A stretch of DNA of 64,000 nucleotides from Octopus sinensis (Eukaryota): the NCBI RefSeq assembly GCF_006345805.1, contig NC_042998.1, positions 64,914,001-64,978,000 on the forward strand. Direction: 5' to 3'. Made by a program: the position numbers and the translations under genes. The notes under the pieces were generated by a model, which worked only from the letters and a program-made list of their open reading frames with translations, was not told the origin of the DNA and made no database searches. This document shows, piece by piece, positions 14,125 through 27,032 of this stretch (within the stretch, counting starts at the first letter, position 1; each line of letters opens with the position of its first letter).

Positions 14125-17100
14125 TTTCATCGCGTTGTGTCAACTGTAGAACATAGCGTTTTACTAAATAGTCCATTGTCATGCACTGAATATTCTTTAA
14201 ATGATTGAAATAATAATAGTAATAAGGGAAAAAAAGTAAAAATATTCGTCTTACTTATGAACTGCTGTTACAGATGACCGTACAAATGCCTCTGGTTTCT
14301 AATTCACTTAAAAAGACCAGAAGCAATAGAAGGAAGACACCCTGAACATGGGGAGATGCGGGGATAATTCCAAGCAGCCTGTATATTGCTAAGATATTTT
14401 GTCTAAGAACACGGAAAACAGAAGCTTTCTTAGATAAGGGATGTACAAACCAATCTTGAGTGAAAAACATAAGTACAGCATTGAGTTGAACAACACAGGG
14501 AAGGTTATTACACTTGTGTACAAAATACATGCGATTATGTAGAGTTCTATGCAAAACATATTTAGATGTGGACAGAAAATGTTACATTAATTGAAATGAC
14601 ACCATCACACAGACAAAATATTTATTTTGTTTTTGTGTTATGTTAGCTTCTAATTAATTATACATTTTTACATAGGAAGCGTATCTGTGTGAGTTGTTAA
14701 AGAAGATCAGTATTCAGATAATTTGCAAAATATAATACCATTTGTATTGTATTTTAGATACTAAAGTTCTCATTGGTTTACCCATCAAACTACGTATTCC
14801 ACAAAACAAAGGTAAAATTTTAAAAATGTAGGCTTTATCAATGAATTGGCGCATTTTAGTAGTAAATAATGCAATATTATTCACATTTCCTCATTATAGG
14901 TTTCCTTCCGATCTTTCATTATGCTTGTACTAACGCTTATGTGCTTACTAAATATAAAACCAATAAACTACATTTCATGACAAGGACCTATTAATTTCGA
15001 CTCTCTGATATGAATGAATATATATATATATATATTATATATATATATATATTATATATGAGCATAATATACAGTCCTATCTTTAACTGACTTGTATAAT
15101 CTTCTATTTATTGGTTATAATAATGTGATTATAGTATCGTAACTCTTTGAGGGAGTATTTCCATCTAGTCATATATATGTATTTCTGTTCTGCACTGTAA
15201 GAATGTCCTTTAATATGTACATCGCTTCAATCTATGATAACTGGCATGTGATAAAGTTTGCAGTAATGCAGAATTCTACGGGTCTTAGCTATAATGAAAC
15301 ACTTTATGGGCAATACACTTCAATATTCATAAAATACACTTGCAAATTTAGGTCCATTTTTATTAAAAGGATCTCCTTTCCGTGCAGTTTATTATCTTCA
15401 GCATATCAACTTACCTCTCTTTTCGTGCTTACGACTTCCAACAACGCGTGCGCGCACTTCCCCAACATACGTACAACGCACATGTTTTATAAGAGCTTGT
15501 ACGCTTCTCTGCATCTATATATAAACATTCAAATCTACAAAGGCATTAATTTATATAAAATTACTCTTTTCAATCAAGTTTAACAATGACAACAGATTAT
15601 TTGTAGGTGCGGATTCATTAACGATATTAGGCTGAAATTCATTGTAAAATAGATGTTGAAGAGAATACATATTTCACCGCATGGCTTCTTTATCTATTGC
15701 ATAAGAGAATTAGGAAAAATTTAGTATCCTTATCAATATGGAATTTATAATATATACATATACTTGGGCATACACACCACTATACATGCATATAAAGTAA
15801 ACAGTGTGAAGAACTCCATGTTTTTTCGTCTTCATATATCACATAGGGTGAAAACTGCATTTTCAGATTTCACAGAGCTCATGCATAAAATATAAGAAAA
15901 GAGTGAAATAATTTATAATGTAATTTTTCATGATCTTAAATATGTTTCATGAACAAAGAACTACACTTAGGTAATATTGTGAAGTACATAGCCACGACAA
16001 AATGCTAAGTGTTTATAGACGTTTAACCATTGTAAGCCATATAACACGATTGGAGAATTTTTGATAAATCAAAAGTACCTTGGAGATACCGACAAGCTGT
16101 ACCCCACTAAAACGGGGACGCACACATGCATGCACGCACACCCGCACGCCCACCTGCACACACGCACACCGACCAATATTTAGGCTTGACGTATGTAATA
16201 GATAGAGAGATGGTGGGTTTTGGCGTACATATATTTAGTAATATACATATATGTACATCAGGATATAGAACAATAGATACATACATGCATATATTACATA
16301 TTTTACACATAGGCACGCGTACAAATATACATATAACTATGAATATAAATACATTCAAATGTTTACAAGCACACGAACACGTAAGTATATATGTATGAGT
16401 GTGCGTGCGTAGATATATATGTGTGTGTGTATGGATATTTGTGTGTAAATATGTATATAAATTGTAGTATATATATTTTCATATATATATTATATGCGCA
16501 TGTTTATTTAATCCCTTAGAATTCGGATATTTTGTAAAATGTAAAGCTTATTCATTCACATCATTTCTAAGAAATGCACTATCTCGTAGCTTTGAGAGTT
16601 CGCGTGATGTTACACGGAACGTGCATTTCTGCTTCGATATTCCACGTCTTTATTCAGTAATACCTGTTATCTAAGGAATAATCACTTTTTTTAAAGAAAC
16701 ATTTGTAGAATGGTGTAGCTAAATATCTTTTAAACAATCTGTCATACTTTTTTTTCCACAAAGTTTTCTTACGTCGAAATATTTGACTCAGTACGTGAAG
16801 CCGTTACAGGGAAGTAGCTTCGAATACGCTTGCGCTAAAATTGTTCTGTATAAGTCTTGGTCAAAAAACAAATAATGTCACTTCTGAAATTCCCATTATA
16901 CGCAAAAATAGACTTAGCAGAAGGTGTCCTAAGGATTTATATGGTCTGCGTCGTACTAAATCGAATTATATATAAAATGATCTTGTTAGTTGTAGCCTTA
17001 AAGAATACTGAAATCATGGAGGCAAAGGTGGATACTGATGTAAATTTCGAACTGAAATGTTTAAAAGTATTGGCTGAACATTGCTGTTCTTATTGAAACA

Positions 17101-18677
17101 AAATTTTTTCTTCTGTTACCCGTGAGCGTCAACATACATTGTAAATTAATTTCAGGTAAAGCATCACTGTTGATAATTGCAACTGATATGAAGTACAGTT
17201 GATACAGCTATTAAACAAAACGTCTGTGACAAGTATAGTTTGAATCAATAGTCGTATAATAATATTAACATGAAATGCACTTTTTAAATCCTTATTATCA
17301 AAACAGTGCATGAATTATTTTCTTAGATTAGCTATTTAAATTTCAAATCGTTAACTGCATGTCGCCTTTAATATTGTCTCCGTTTTTCGCATAGTAATTT
17401 TTGGAAACTATCTAAAATGTAAATTCGATAATGTTGCATCGTTCAGCAACAATGCGTGTCTCCACGGAGATATTAAATAAGTCGGGTCATATTTTTTCGA
17501 TATTTTTATGTTTGATTTGCTAAATAGAAAATGGATTTTAACATGCATAATTATTTTCTTTCAGATTTTCTGATCGGTCATGCTTAAACCTGTGACACGT
17601 GGTAAAGTAGCGGAAGTAAAACATCATTACTCTCGATGTTTGGAAATCTACCGTTATTTCGTTTCTAACTCTAAAAGCATAAAAATAATTCGTGGAATGT
17701 AATACTATATTGTTTCATAAAAATGGATACAATGTGTCTGTTTTTCAGAATTGCTAACGCATAAAGGAGGCTTAACAGAAGTTATGATTGTGATTTCTCG
17801 GGAACTACTTTCTGTGTTGTGTCGTGAAAATTTATTGGACTCAGATCACTTTTTGACGGGAGCTCCAATTTTTATTATTTTTCAATCATAATATTTCTGT
17901 CATTATAAGGATACAGTTCTCAAAAAAACCCCCAAAAAACATATATTTTCAGGGAATTTAATAGATGTATTAAAGCCACTTTTAAGGTTATTTAGAATAA
18001 GTAGACATCATTGAAACTAACCCGCTTTGCCAGATTCAAAAGATACGCGAGAATTAAATTAAAATTTTGCTATGTATAGGAGCAGTGCTTAGAGATGTGA
18101 AATTGTATTTGTTGCCTGCACGTTTAGACGAAAGATTTTATCGGAAAACTAATCAACTGCATGTGTTATTTTTATAACGTCTTACTTTGCGCTAATTAAA
18201 AATCTACGGAATGTACGTACCTGGAAATGGAAACATAGTCGATAGGTAAATTCCCAAATTTCTATTCCAATTTCAGGTAAAACTTATTGCTTTATGGAAT
18301 CTTATTATATCAGCTCTAAAACTGTTTAAAACCTTTAGCCTCAGACAATATTCAGTTCTATATCTTTGATTAAATCCTAGAATCGCTAACCTTCAGAGAA
18401 TTTAACATTCTTTTTGCATCTTCTTCGACAACGAAAACATTTATACTATTTCATGATATTGGTATAAGATAGCTTTGAACGCAATGGAAATTGTCGGAAA
18501 GAAACAATAATTTGCAAGGTATCTAATAGTTTTAAAACTAATAGCATTAACTATCAGAAATTTGTATACAAGGTCTTCATAGAAATATTTGGCGACACCT
18601 AATTACAAGTCCTTTAACTTACAACTAGTCATATATGATAAGTTATTTCAGAAAATATTATCTAGATATAAAATGTT

Positions 18678-18937
18678 ATAGGCAAACGCTGGCGTGGTTG
18701 TGCGGTAAGAAGTTAGTCACTCAACTACATGATTCCGGGTTTAGTCCTCTTGCGTGGCACTTTGCGCATGTATCTTATACATGATCCTCGGGCCGACCAA
18801 ATCAGGCGAGTAGATTTGGTAAACGGATACTGAAAGAAGTCAATAGTATACACACACTTACACATACACACATATACACACACACTCACACACATGCACA
18901 CGCACACGCACACGCACACACACACACACACACACAC

Positions 18938-19004
<67 letters not shown>

Positions 19005-19205
19005 CACAGCCATGTGTGTGTGCTTGTCTCTGCCCACTGTTTTAACCATCGTTGTTGATTTGTTAGCGGTTCAGCAAAAGAAAATAAGTACGAGGCTTAA
19101 AAGAAAGAAAGGAAGAAGTGGGGTGTATTCTTTCAACTAAACTTCCAGGTCGACGTCCCACCACGGTTTCATCCCCGCGACTGAAACAAATAGGAAAATA
19201 AAAGA
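18678..19205 (+). mobile_element. tRNA-derived SINE, family B (diverged, expanded internal AC/AT microsatellite)
   Basis: Head GTGGTTGTGCGGTAAG..TTCCGGGTTTAGTCC..TGCGTGGCAC, body CCTCGGGCCGACCAAA..CTGAAAGAAG, tail GACTGAAACAAATAGGAAAATAAAAGA; aligns by eye to 33031-33442. Confidence 0.8.
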
Positions 19206-19299
19206 ACAATGTACCCAGTATCTCAATGAATGCATATATCTTTGCTAATTCACTCTTTCGAAGCTCACACCACAATTATTAAATTATATTTCATTCTTT

Positions 19300-19600
19300 A
19301 ACAAAAACAATTGCAGTGTGGAAATTGTTTATAAGCCATTTAAAAACAAACAAAAACCGTTAGATTCACTTCAACATTTAAAATTAATTTGTCAAAATAA
19401 ATTGGTCGCTTTGAGATTGCGACCTGATAATTGACAAAATTCCGTGCTGCACAGAATATGTCGTAGTCTCAAAGGGGCGAATATATTTTGACATGTTTAA
19501 ATGTTGAAGTGAATCTAACACTTATAAACACCTTCCAATTTGCAGTAGTTTTTGTTTCAGTACACAATCTCAGATCAGGTCACTTGCTATGCAAGTACAT
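19300..19600. mobile_element. Inverted dimer (fold-back) of a ~200-bp putative Penelope-derived terminal repeat
   Basis: Left arm ..TTATAAG..GTTAGATTCACTTCAACATTTAAA and right arm TTTAAATGTTGAAGTGAATCTAAC..CTTATAAACACCTTCC are reverse complements; same family as the single copy at 45005-45215. Confidence 0.7.
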
Positions 19601-19854
19601 CTCCATAGTTTCTGTTAAATCACTTATGGTTACTAAATATAAAGTTAAAGTTAGTAATTCTTTGTCAGGCGGAACTTAACGAAACACACCAACACAAAGA
19701 GAGCAGCCAATAACAATGATCAATTACAGATCTATGCTATCGAATTCGCTTTTCGAATTTCGATGTTTAAAAGGGTTAAAGTAAGAATTTAATAAGGGCT
19801 ATAAGAAATCTATGAACGATCGTTTCGAGACCAATCCCGAATTATTCTTTACCA

Positions 19855-19900
<46 letters not shown>

Positions 19901-20714
19901 CAACAAGGTTTTTTAAATAGAACAAAAAGAAATAGGAAAAGAAAAAAGCAGTGTATGACACCACAAGTATATAATAGTCGTGAATTAAACATCTTTAAAG
20001 CATTGTGCTTTACAAATGATTATTCAGGTTATTTCGAAATGCATTTGTATTATATGAAATATCGAGGTAAATATATAGGCATATATGAGTATGACTGTAT
20101 CCAGTGCCGGACTGGGTTTAAAAATAGTGGTTGCCATGAGACTAAGGTGGCCCACCCGCCACTAAAATGCTATCATTTATTCATTTATTTATTTTGTTAA
20201 AAGTATTCTTTTCCACTGTCTACAAACGCAGCGAAGCTGAAATATGTAATGCGTTCTTCCAGGAGAGAATAAAAAATTCACAAAATGGAGAATACGAGTC
20301 CCTCAGAGACTAACATGGGCCCCCATACATATGTATTCTAATGGTGCAGGGGTCCACTTGCCATCAGGCAAGCTTGTAAACTGACCAATCAACCACTGAA
20401 GGTATCAGCAGTATATTGTTGCACAATGGTTGAACATTTGAAATATGTGCTATCAGCAGGTCCTGAGTGCAATAGTTTTGCCTAGAATCTCATGTGAACT
20501 AAAATATTGTGACATGAAATTGATAGAAACTGTGCAAAAGGCTCGGGAATGAATTTATCTGCAAGAAATCCGTACTACCTTGTCACACTGAGAATGACTG
20601 AGTATTTAGTTGAAAATACACATCCCCATTTAATACTCACCTCCTAGCTCACGTTTTCAAAGAGCAGGTTTCGTTGATAGAACTAGAGCATGGCCGTCAA
20701 ACGATGTAGTAATA

Positions 20715-21068
20715 TGTGTACATACACAGAAACACTCACATATACATCCACACTCACTCACAAACACACACACATACACACTCACTCACACACACTCATA
20801 CTCAAACTCACACAGACACACACACTCACACTCACATACACCTTCGCACACACACACACTCATACACTCATACACACTCACACACACACTCACCCAGCCG
20901 CACACACATTCACACGCACCCTCACCCTACACACACTCACATACTCCCACCCCCACACTCCCCAACACCTACTCGTGCAAACACATAACTCTCACACACA
21001 CTCCCACACTCACACACACACGCTCACACACATTCAACCCCCACACACGCACACATCCCCACACTCAT
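20715..21068. repeat. Degenerate CA/CT-rich low-complexity tract
   Basis: Cryptic (CACA/CTCA)n that generates the H/T-rich ORFs. Confidence 0.9.
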
Positions 21069-21152
21069 ATTGCAGTAAAATAATGTTATCCGAGGATTCG
21101 AAAGTTCTCTGTTAATGTTTGGTTCATGTGGAAAAACAATATCATACAGTTC

Positions 21153-21220
21153 TATATGGCGTAGTGGTTAATAGCGCGGGCGACTAAACCCAAGATTCCG
21201 AGTTCGATTCCAGGCCGTCA

Positions 21221-21225
<5 letters not shown>
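21153..21225 (+). mobile_element. Short tRNA-only SINE (family C) with (AAT)n tail
   Basis: A-box TGGCGTAGTGG, B-box GAGTTCGATTCC, ends CACCTGAATAATAAT. Second copy on the minus strand at 40300-40350 (AATTCCGAGTTCGATTCCAGGTAGTGACCTGAATAATAAT). Confidence 0.75.
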
Positions 21226-21259
<34 letters not shown>

Positions 21260-21397
21260 TAATAATAATAATAAAAATAATAATAATAATAACAACAACA
21301 GCACCAATAATAATAATAAAAATAATAATAATAATAATAACAACAACACCAATAATAATAATAATAATAATAATAATATAATAATAATAATAATAAT

Positions 21398-22095
21398 CTC
21401 TGGATGTAAAGTCTTAGCACCAGTGGAGTATAAATTAAGACATGACAGAGTTGGCCAATATCTCCACTGGCTAATAAGTCAGCATTACAATATCAAAACT
21501 GCCGACAAGTGGTATAATCACCACCCTGAGGCTGTAACTGAAGGAGAAAATGTAACCATTCTGTGGGACTTTCCAGTACATACAGACCGAACCATCAAGG
21601 CCAATAAACCAGATATTGTTGTGAAAGACCAAAACAATAAAGTTTGCTTATTGATCGACATGAGCATCCCCTGTGATCATAATATCTCAGCGAAAGAGTT
21701 TGACAAGCTCAGAAAATATAAAGACCTACTCATTGAAATTGAGAAAATGTGGCATCTCAAGGCGGTTACAATACCAGTGATCGTAGGAGCACTAGGAATG
21801 ATCAAGAAGGGAACCGAAAATTATATGAGAATGATCCCTGGCTTACCATCCCTGCAAGAAGTGCAAAAGATTGTCTTAACTGGTACATCACACGTATTGA
21901 GAAGAGCATTGTCGATGTGAGAACTGTTGCTGCTCATGCATTTTAATTTAACTTTAAAAAAAAAAATTTTTAAATGAACGAACTACTGAGTTTGGTTTAA
22001 TGGCCTACCAATATACACTATGAGTTTCTTTACCCTAGGAGTCGGGAAGACACTCGGCAAGAAATGGAAGAAAATTTGAAAGAAGAAAAAAAAAA

Positions 22096-22096
<1 letters not shown>
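21398..22096 (+). mobile_element. 5'-truncated R4/Dong-clade non-LTR retrotransposon in an (AAT)n tract
   Basis: Restriction-like endonuclease ORF plus 3' UTR, with (AAT)n immediately on both sides. Confidence 0.9.
21399..21920 (+). CDS. C-terminus of an R4/Dong ORF: end of the CCHC knuckle plus restriction-like (PD-D/ExK) endonuclease
   Basis: Open frame SGCKVLAPVEYKLRHDRVGQYLHW..LWDFPVHTDRTIKANKPDIVVKD..LLIDMSIP..KLRKYKDL..PVIVGALG, containing the RHD, KPD, ID and KY motifs of R2/R4 endonucleases; no internal stops. Confidence 0.9.
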   Translation, partial: SGCKVLAPVEYKLRHDRVGQYLHWLISQHYNIKTADKWYNHHPEAVTEGENVTILWDFPVHTDRTIKANKPDIVVKDQNNKVCLLIDMSIPCDHNISAKEFDKLRKYKDLLIEIEKMWHLKAVTIPVIVGALGMIKKGTENYMRMIPGLPSLQEVQKIVLTGTSHVLRRALSM

Positions 22097-22128
<32 letters not shown>

Positions 22129-22169
22129 TAACAACAACAACAACAACAACACCAATAATAATAATAACA

Positions 22170-22320
22170 TCGAAAAATACGTTAGGAATGAAAATTCAGG
22201 TTCTAAATTTCCACACGACACCTGATGAAGGCTGTAGGGTATATCAGCAGAAATGTTGAGTTAACAACAAACAAAATGAGAACAACTATTAGTCAAATGT
22301 AAATAATGTAAATAACAAGC
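22170..22320 (+). mobile_element. Penelope-like terminal repeat with a degenerate hammerhead (canonical CUGAUGA core at 22222-22228)
   Basis: GACAC-CTGATGA-AG-GCTG-TAGGGTATAT-CAGC-A-GAAA-TGTT; the outer stem II pair and stem I are damaged in this copy. Confidence 0.6.
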
Positions 22321-22504
22321 AATATCATATCCGATGATGCAAACACAATTGGCACGTACCGACAATTTCGTATCAATTTTCTATTTTACAATAAACTGCA
22401 AACTTCTCTTTTTAGCCAAATATATTTCGATAATAAATCAGAAAATAGTATGATTATTTATTTGCATGAGCTTTATTTTTTTTTATATTCGTTTTTGCTT
22501 TTAT

Positions 22505-22705
22505 TCTTTGATCTGTTTCAGTCATTTGACTGCGACCATGATGGAGCGCCTTCTTTTAGTCGAGCGAATAACTTCTAGGTCTTATTTTTGTAAGCCTAGT
22601 ACTAATTCTATCAGTTTACTCTCTGTTGAATCGCTAGGTTTCGGGGACGCAAACACACCAGCATCGATTGTCAAGCGATGTTGGTGGGAACAAACACAGA
22701 CAGAC
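22505..22705 (-). mobile_element. SINE family B, 3' half
   Basis: TGTTTCAGTCATTTGACTGCGACCATGATGGAGCGCC..AAACACACCAGCATCGATTGTCAAGCG. Confidence 0.85.
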
Positions 22706-22750
22706 AAGCATGCATGCACATACATACATACATACATACATACTTGAATG

Positions 22751-22819
<69 letters not shown>

Positions 22820-22844
22820 ATATATATATATATATTTGTCGAGA

Positions 22845-22960
22845 GAGTTTACGGAAAAAACAAAAGACGAAGACAGGTGGTGTAGAAAACAAACTGATGT
22901 ATTAGTATAACGCTCAGGAATGGTAAAAGTTTTTTACGTTTCGAGCCTACGCTCTTTTAA
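22845..22960 (-). mobile_element. Short putative Penelope-derived repeat, family P1
   Basis: AAAACAAAAGACGAAGACAGGTGG..CGCTCAGGAA..TTTACGTTTCGAGCCTACGCTCTT; homologous to 35085-35247, 29130-29300 and 41040-41170. Confidence 0.7.
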
Positions 22961-22967
22961 AGGAAGG

Positions 22968-23310
22968 AACCCTCATTTGCCATCAAGATGTAGGACAGGC
23001 TACTGTGATAGCCTGGGCTTCCGAGGCCCACAGCTCTTCAATATCCTCCCGAAGAACCTAAGAGACCTGCATGGGGTTGATGCAGATGTCTTTAAAATGA
23101 AACTGGATCTCTTCCTGTCAGGTATCCCAGATGAACCAACTTCACGGCAGGAGGTGCAGATGAGGGCAGCTGCATCGAACTCTCTCATGCACCAAATAGC
23201 AGTTGCTAAAAAGCTTTCGTTAAGTAAAACCATGTAGCAACACCAAATGGCGGTGCCCCAGCATGGCCACAGCTCATGAGCTGAAACTAGAATCAATCAA
23301 TCAATCAATC
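22968..23310 (+). mobile_element. CR1-like LINE 3' end (family L-a) with (ATCA)n tail
   Basis: Translation NPHLPSRCRTGYCDSLGFRGPQLFNILPKNLRDLHGVDADVFKMKLDLFLSGIPDEP; 3' UTR GGCGGTGCCCCAGCATGGCCACAGCTCATGAGCTGAAACTAGA then ATCA repeats. Confidence 0.88.
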
Positions 23311-24974
23311 ATATAAATGATAGTTTTCGTATATGCGTGTGTGTGTGTAGGCGTAAAATAGTGTATATATGCGTGTTTGTGATTACATGTATATATGAAT
23401 TTATGTATGCATCTATATGTGAGTGTGTACACATGTATGTGTATATGTGAGTACCTGTGTTTATGTGTTTGCATGCTTACTCAAACTTATATAGAGGAGT
23501 AGATTATTCCGAAAAATAGCTTTCGCCACATAAAAACAAACTTCCTAGGGAACCAAACAAAGTAGAAATCAAAATATACTCAATTCTGAATTTTAAAAAT
23601 AAATTTAGAAATTAAATAATCGAGATTTTCTTTCAAGATTTCCATTTGGGTTTTCGTTTGTCAACATGAACTTCATTTACATGTCTTAAGTGATTTAGGT
23701 TTTCATACTGATGCTATTGGTATTATTATGTGGTTGTTGTAAATATTTTTCCTCATAAAATTGGGTGATTTGTAAATATTTGCTAAATATCACAACACGC
23801 ACGCCAATCCTTTTTTCAATAAATATGAAGATATTCTACTTGTATTTTATTCCCTCGTCTTCTACTTGTATTTTATTCCCTCGTGTCTTTCTGTTTATTT
23901 TCTCTCCGTTTTATGTTATAGTTGTGGCAATTAACTTTCCGGAGCATTCGGAGCGAATAGTATGCTGAAATCAGAGAAAGTAATAAAACATATAGTCCAG
24001 GCCAAAAGATATAAGAAAAAATTAACATCTTTAAAAAAAAAAGCATACATTTAAGATAACAAAAAATCAGTAATGACATTTTTGATTGTTTTTTTCACAT
24101 CATTTAATAATATTTTATGTTATTTTCTCAGTCATCCAATGATGAAATCATGACACAAAATTAAAGATTGTAAATACGCTGAATAGGAGGGAAAATTCCA
24201 TTAGAGTAATTTGGAAGTAAATGACTTCTCCAATAAAACTCTTGGATTCAAATTGAATGCAACACTTTACAGTTAATTCAACATTTCATGCAATATTTTT
24301 TTTTAAACTGCAGTCTTATTTATTTTATTTTCAAGTAAACGTTTATTTATACGTATTCACAGTTGATATTTTTTTTTTGTATTATATATTACAACAAATG
24401 TTTGTTTTTTATTATTTACGTTACAAGAAACTCATTTCATTGTAGCATAAATGGGTTCGGATATTGTAGGTTATGATGCCATAGTTTCAATTTGCAATAG
24501 CGATTCAAAATAAATTATTTTACCTTCAGTGTATGGTTAGGCAATTTAAAACGTGGAGATGGATGTATGTCAGAAATCCAAGGCAATTACCATTTAATGA
24601 TATTTTTTAAAATCGTAATGCCTATGTGATTGTGAATGTGGACTATAGCATAAATTATTAGATGAACCTGTTTTTGAATACTCATTGAGTCTAAAATATA
24701 ATTATAAGAGCAAAGTGATTACCTACGCTTTCGCTATATAATTGATGCAGCTATAATTTTGTAATTCAAAGATTCACTTGAATACTCTATTTCGAAAGGA
24801 ATCTATGAAATGTGTAATATTCAGCCGAATGTCCATACAATGTATGGGAGCGATGCCAGTTTAATATGGGATTGTGATTGAACAATAACTTATTGATGTA
24901 ATGAACAACAAACTCACACAGTGTGGACACGGGATGTTACTGAATTTCATCTGTTTGCACTAGTATCAATCATT

Positions 24975-25379
24975 ACTCTACTCTTTTACTCTTTTACTTG
25001 TTTCAGTCATCTGACTGCCGCCATGCTGGAGCACCGCCTTTAGTCGAGCAAATCGACCCCAGGACTTATTCTTTGTAAGACCAGTACTTGTTCTATCGGT
25101 CTCTGCTCCCGAACCGCTAAGTGACGGGGACGTAAACACACCAGCATCGGTTGTCAACGAATGCTAGGGGGACAGACACAGACACACAAACATACACACA
25201 CACATATATATATTCATATATATATACGACGGGCTTTCAGTTTCCGTCTACCAAATCCACTCACAATCGGCCCGAGGCTATAGAAGAAGACACTTGCCCA
25301 AGATGCCACGCAGTGGGACTGAACCCGGAACCATGTGGTTGGTAAGCAAGCTACTTACCACACAGACACTCCTGCGCCT
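24975..25379 (-). mobile_element. SINE family B, near full length
   Basis: Reverse complement runs from head AGGCGCAGGAGTGTCTGTGTGGTAAGTAGC to tail GACTGAAACAAGTAAAAGAGTAAAAGAGTAG. Confidence 0.92.
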
Positions 25380-26201
25380 AGTGTGCATTGATAGCAATTT
25401 TTTTTTATTCCGGACACTGATTCGGTGTTTCCTTTAAGCATAGACATTTTTGGTCATGATATTTTTGTTTCAACATTATATCTACTTGCGAACATATCCT
25501 AACTATTATAATAGGTTTCTCTGGACAGCCTGTCAGTGCTTATACATAGGTGCACATGTATTTGTTTTTACGTGTGTGCGTTCGTAAGTGTATATGCTTA
25601 TACACATGTGGTCGTGTGCTTATTTTTATGCGTCTTTGTATATGCCTTCACCTATATTATTTAAATACTTATTTTCTAATATTTGCATTTCAGCAAAGGA
25701 AGTAATCTTGCAGCAAATTTACAAAAGCGTACCAGCCTAATATGGTAGAACACAAGTTTTCAAATCTGTGGCACATAGCGACTACACTATATTGACTGAG
25801 TAAAATTGCTTTTATTTAGTATGCTATAGATTAGAAGTTGTTTGAAAGAGTAAATATGAAATATTATATGGAAATTTGCAGCTAAGATTCAGTGAAGGTA
25901 GAACAGCTGAGAAAAACCCCGAGAAAAGTGTAATCAATATTAATTTGAAGGCAATTCATACAATCAAGGAATAATATTCTGACTCGTACAAATTAAAAGC
26001 ATTTCTATCATTAATTGATCAGTGTCTGTACTATTAAAACCTTGTATTGATACGGTTTCAGGTACCATAAATGATTTTAAAAACTTGTTATAAAACGAAA
26101 CGCAAGTGAATTGTTTTCATATATTTCTCTGAGTATAATTATTTCTACTACTGATAGTTGTGCGATTTTATTGACGATATGTTATTACAATAACGAATAC
26201 A

Positions 26202-26268
<67 letters not shown>

Positions 26269-26929
26269 ATTCATTATTTGTCTGATGTAGGTCTATTATT
26301 ATATCTTAGAATTTGTAATTTTGTGTCAAACTGAGCACAAAGATATTATAGGTTCCTTAAAAATAGTTTTGAAGTAAAGTGTGCAAATGATGACGAACAG
26401 GAATCAAGGCAATTACTAGGCTAAGAAGTGAGTTTTAATTATTTCGAGAGAAAGTATGCCTTTGTTAATAGAATCACCATCACATGAGTCCCTAGCTTTT
26501 ATAAAGACAATATATTTCGTTAAATATTGCAATCTTATATTGAGTACATTTGACGAAGTGTCCTGCTGTGTAAATTTAAAGCGATAAATTAAGTTGTTTC
26601 TATCTAACATTTCGAAGTTGTCGTGTTAGTGTAACAAATAACTATGTACATATATAATATATTCCCTATTAGCGTATATTAATATGGAGATTTTAGCGCG
26701 GGCTATACCAACTAACGAACCATTTTTCGATTCTTCCCTTTCTTTGAAGAAATAATTGCATTCACTTCTTGCTTTATTTTCTCTCTCAAAGCAATTTTAC
26801 AGAATACCTTATAAGAATGTCAGGATTGTTACTGAAGGCATATTTGTGCGAATAAAGTAGACACATTCTCTTCGAAAGCAGTCTTTTAAAGGAATTTCGT
26901 TTGTCTCAATACAAGGTAAACGCTTTTAC

Positions 26930-27032
26930 TCTTGCTCATTCGAAGGTGACATTTTGTTGCGTGTAAATACACACAGTATGTCTGAATTGGTAATGATCAG
27001 GTTTTCACGAAAGCAATTTGTCTTTGAGAAGC
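26930..27032 (-). other. Possible 103-nt exon (unassigned)
   Basis: Strong 3' splice signal TGCTAATTATGTTTGTTTCCACAG|G (branch point plus pyrimidine tract) and weaker donor AAGA|GTAAAA; one open frame (GFSKTNCFRENLIITNSDILCVFTRNKMSPSNEQ), not recognised. Confidence 0.25.

Noticed and set aside
16850-16975. CPKDLYGLR resembling an EGF motif
   Set aside because: The other cysteines are missing, the frame closes immediately and there is no splice support.
20101-20470. hAT-like terminus CAGTGCCGGACTGGG
   Set aside because: No matching inverted terminus or 8-bp TSD found.
21153-21225. Functional tRNA gene
   Set aside because: A and B boxes are present but no convincing acceptor or anticodon stems; it ends in an (AAT)n tail and has a second truncated copy, so it is a SINE.
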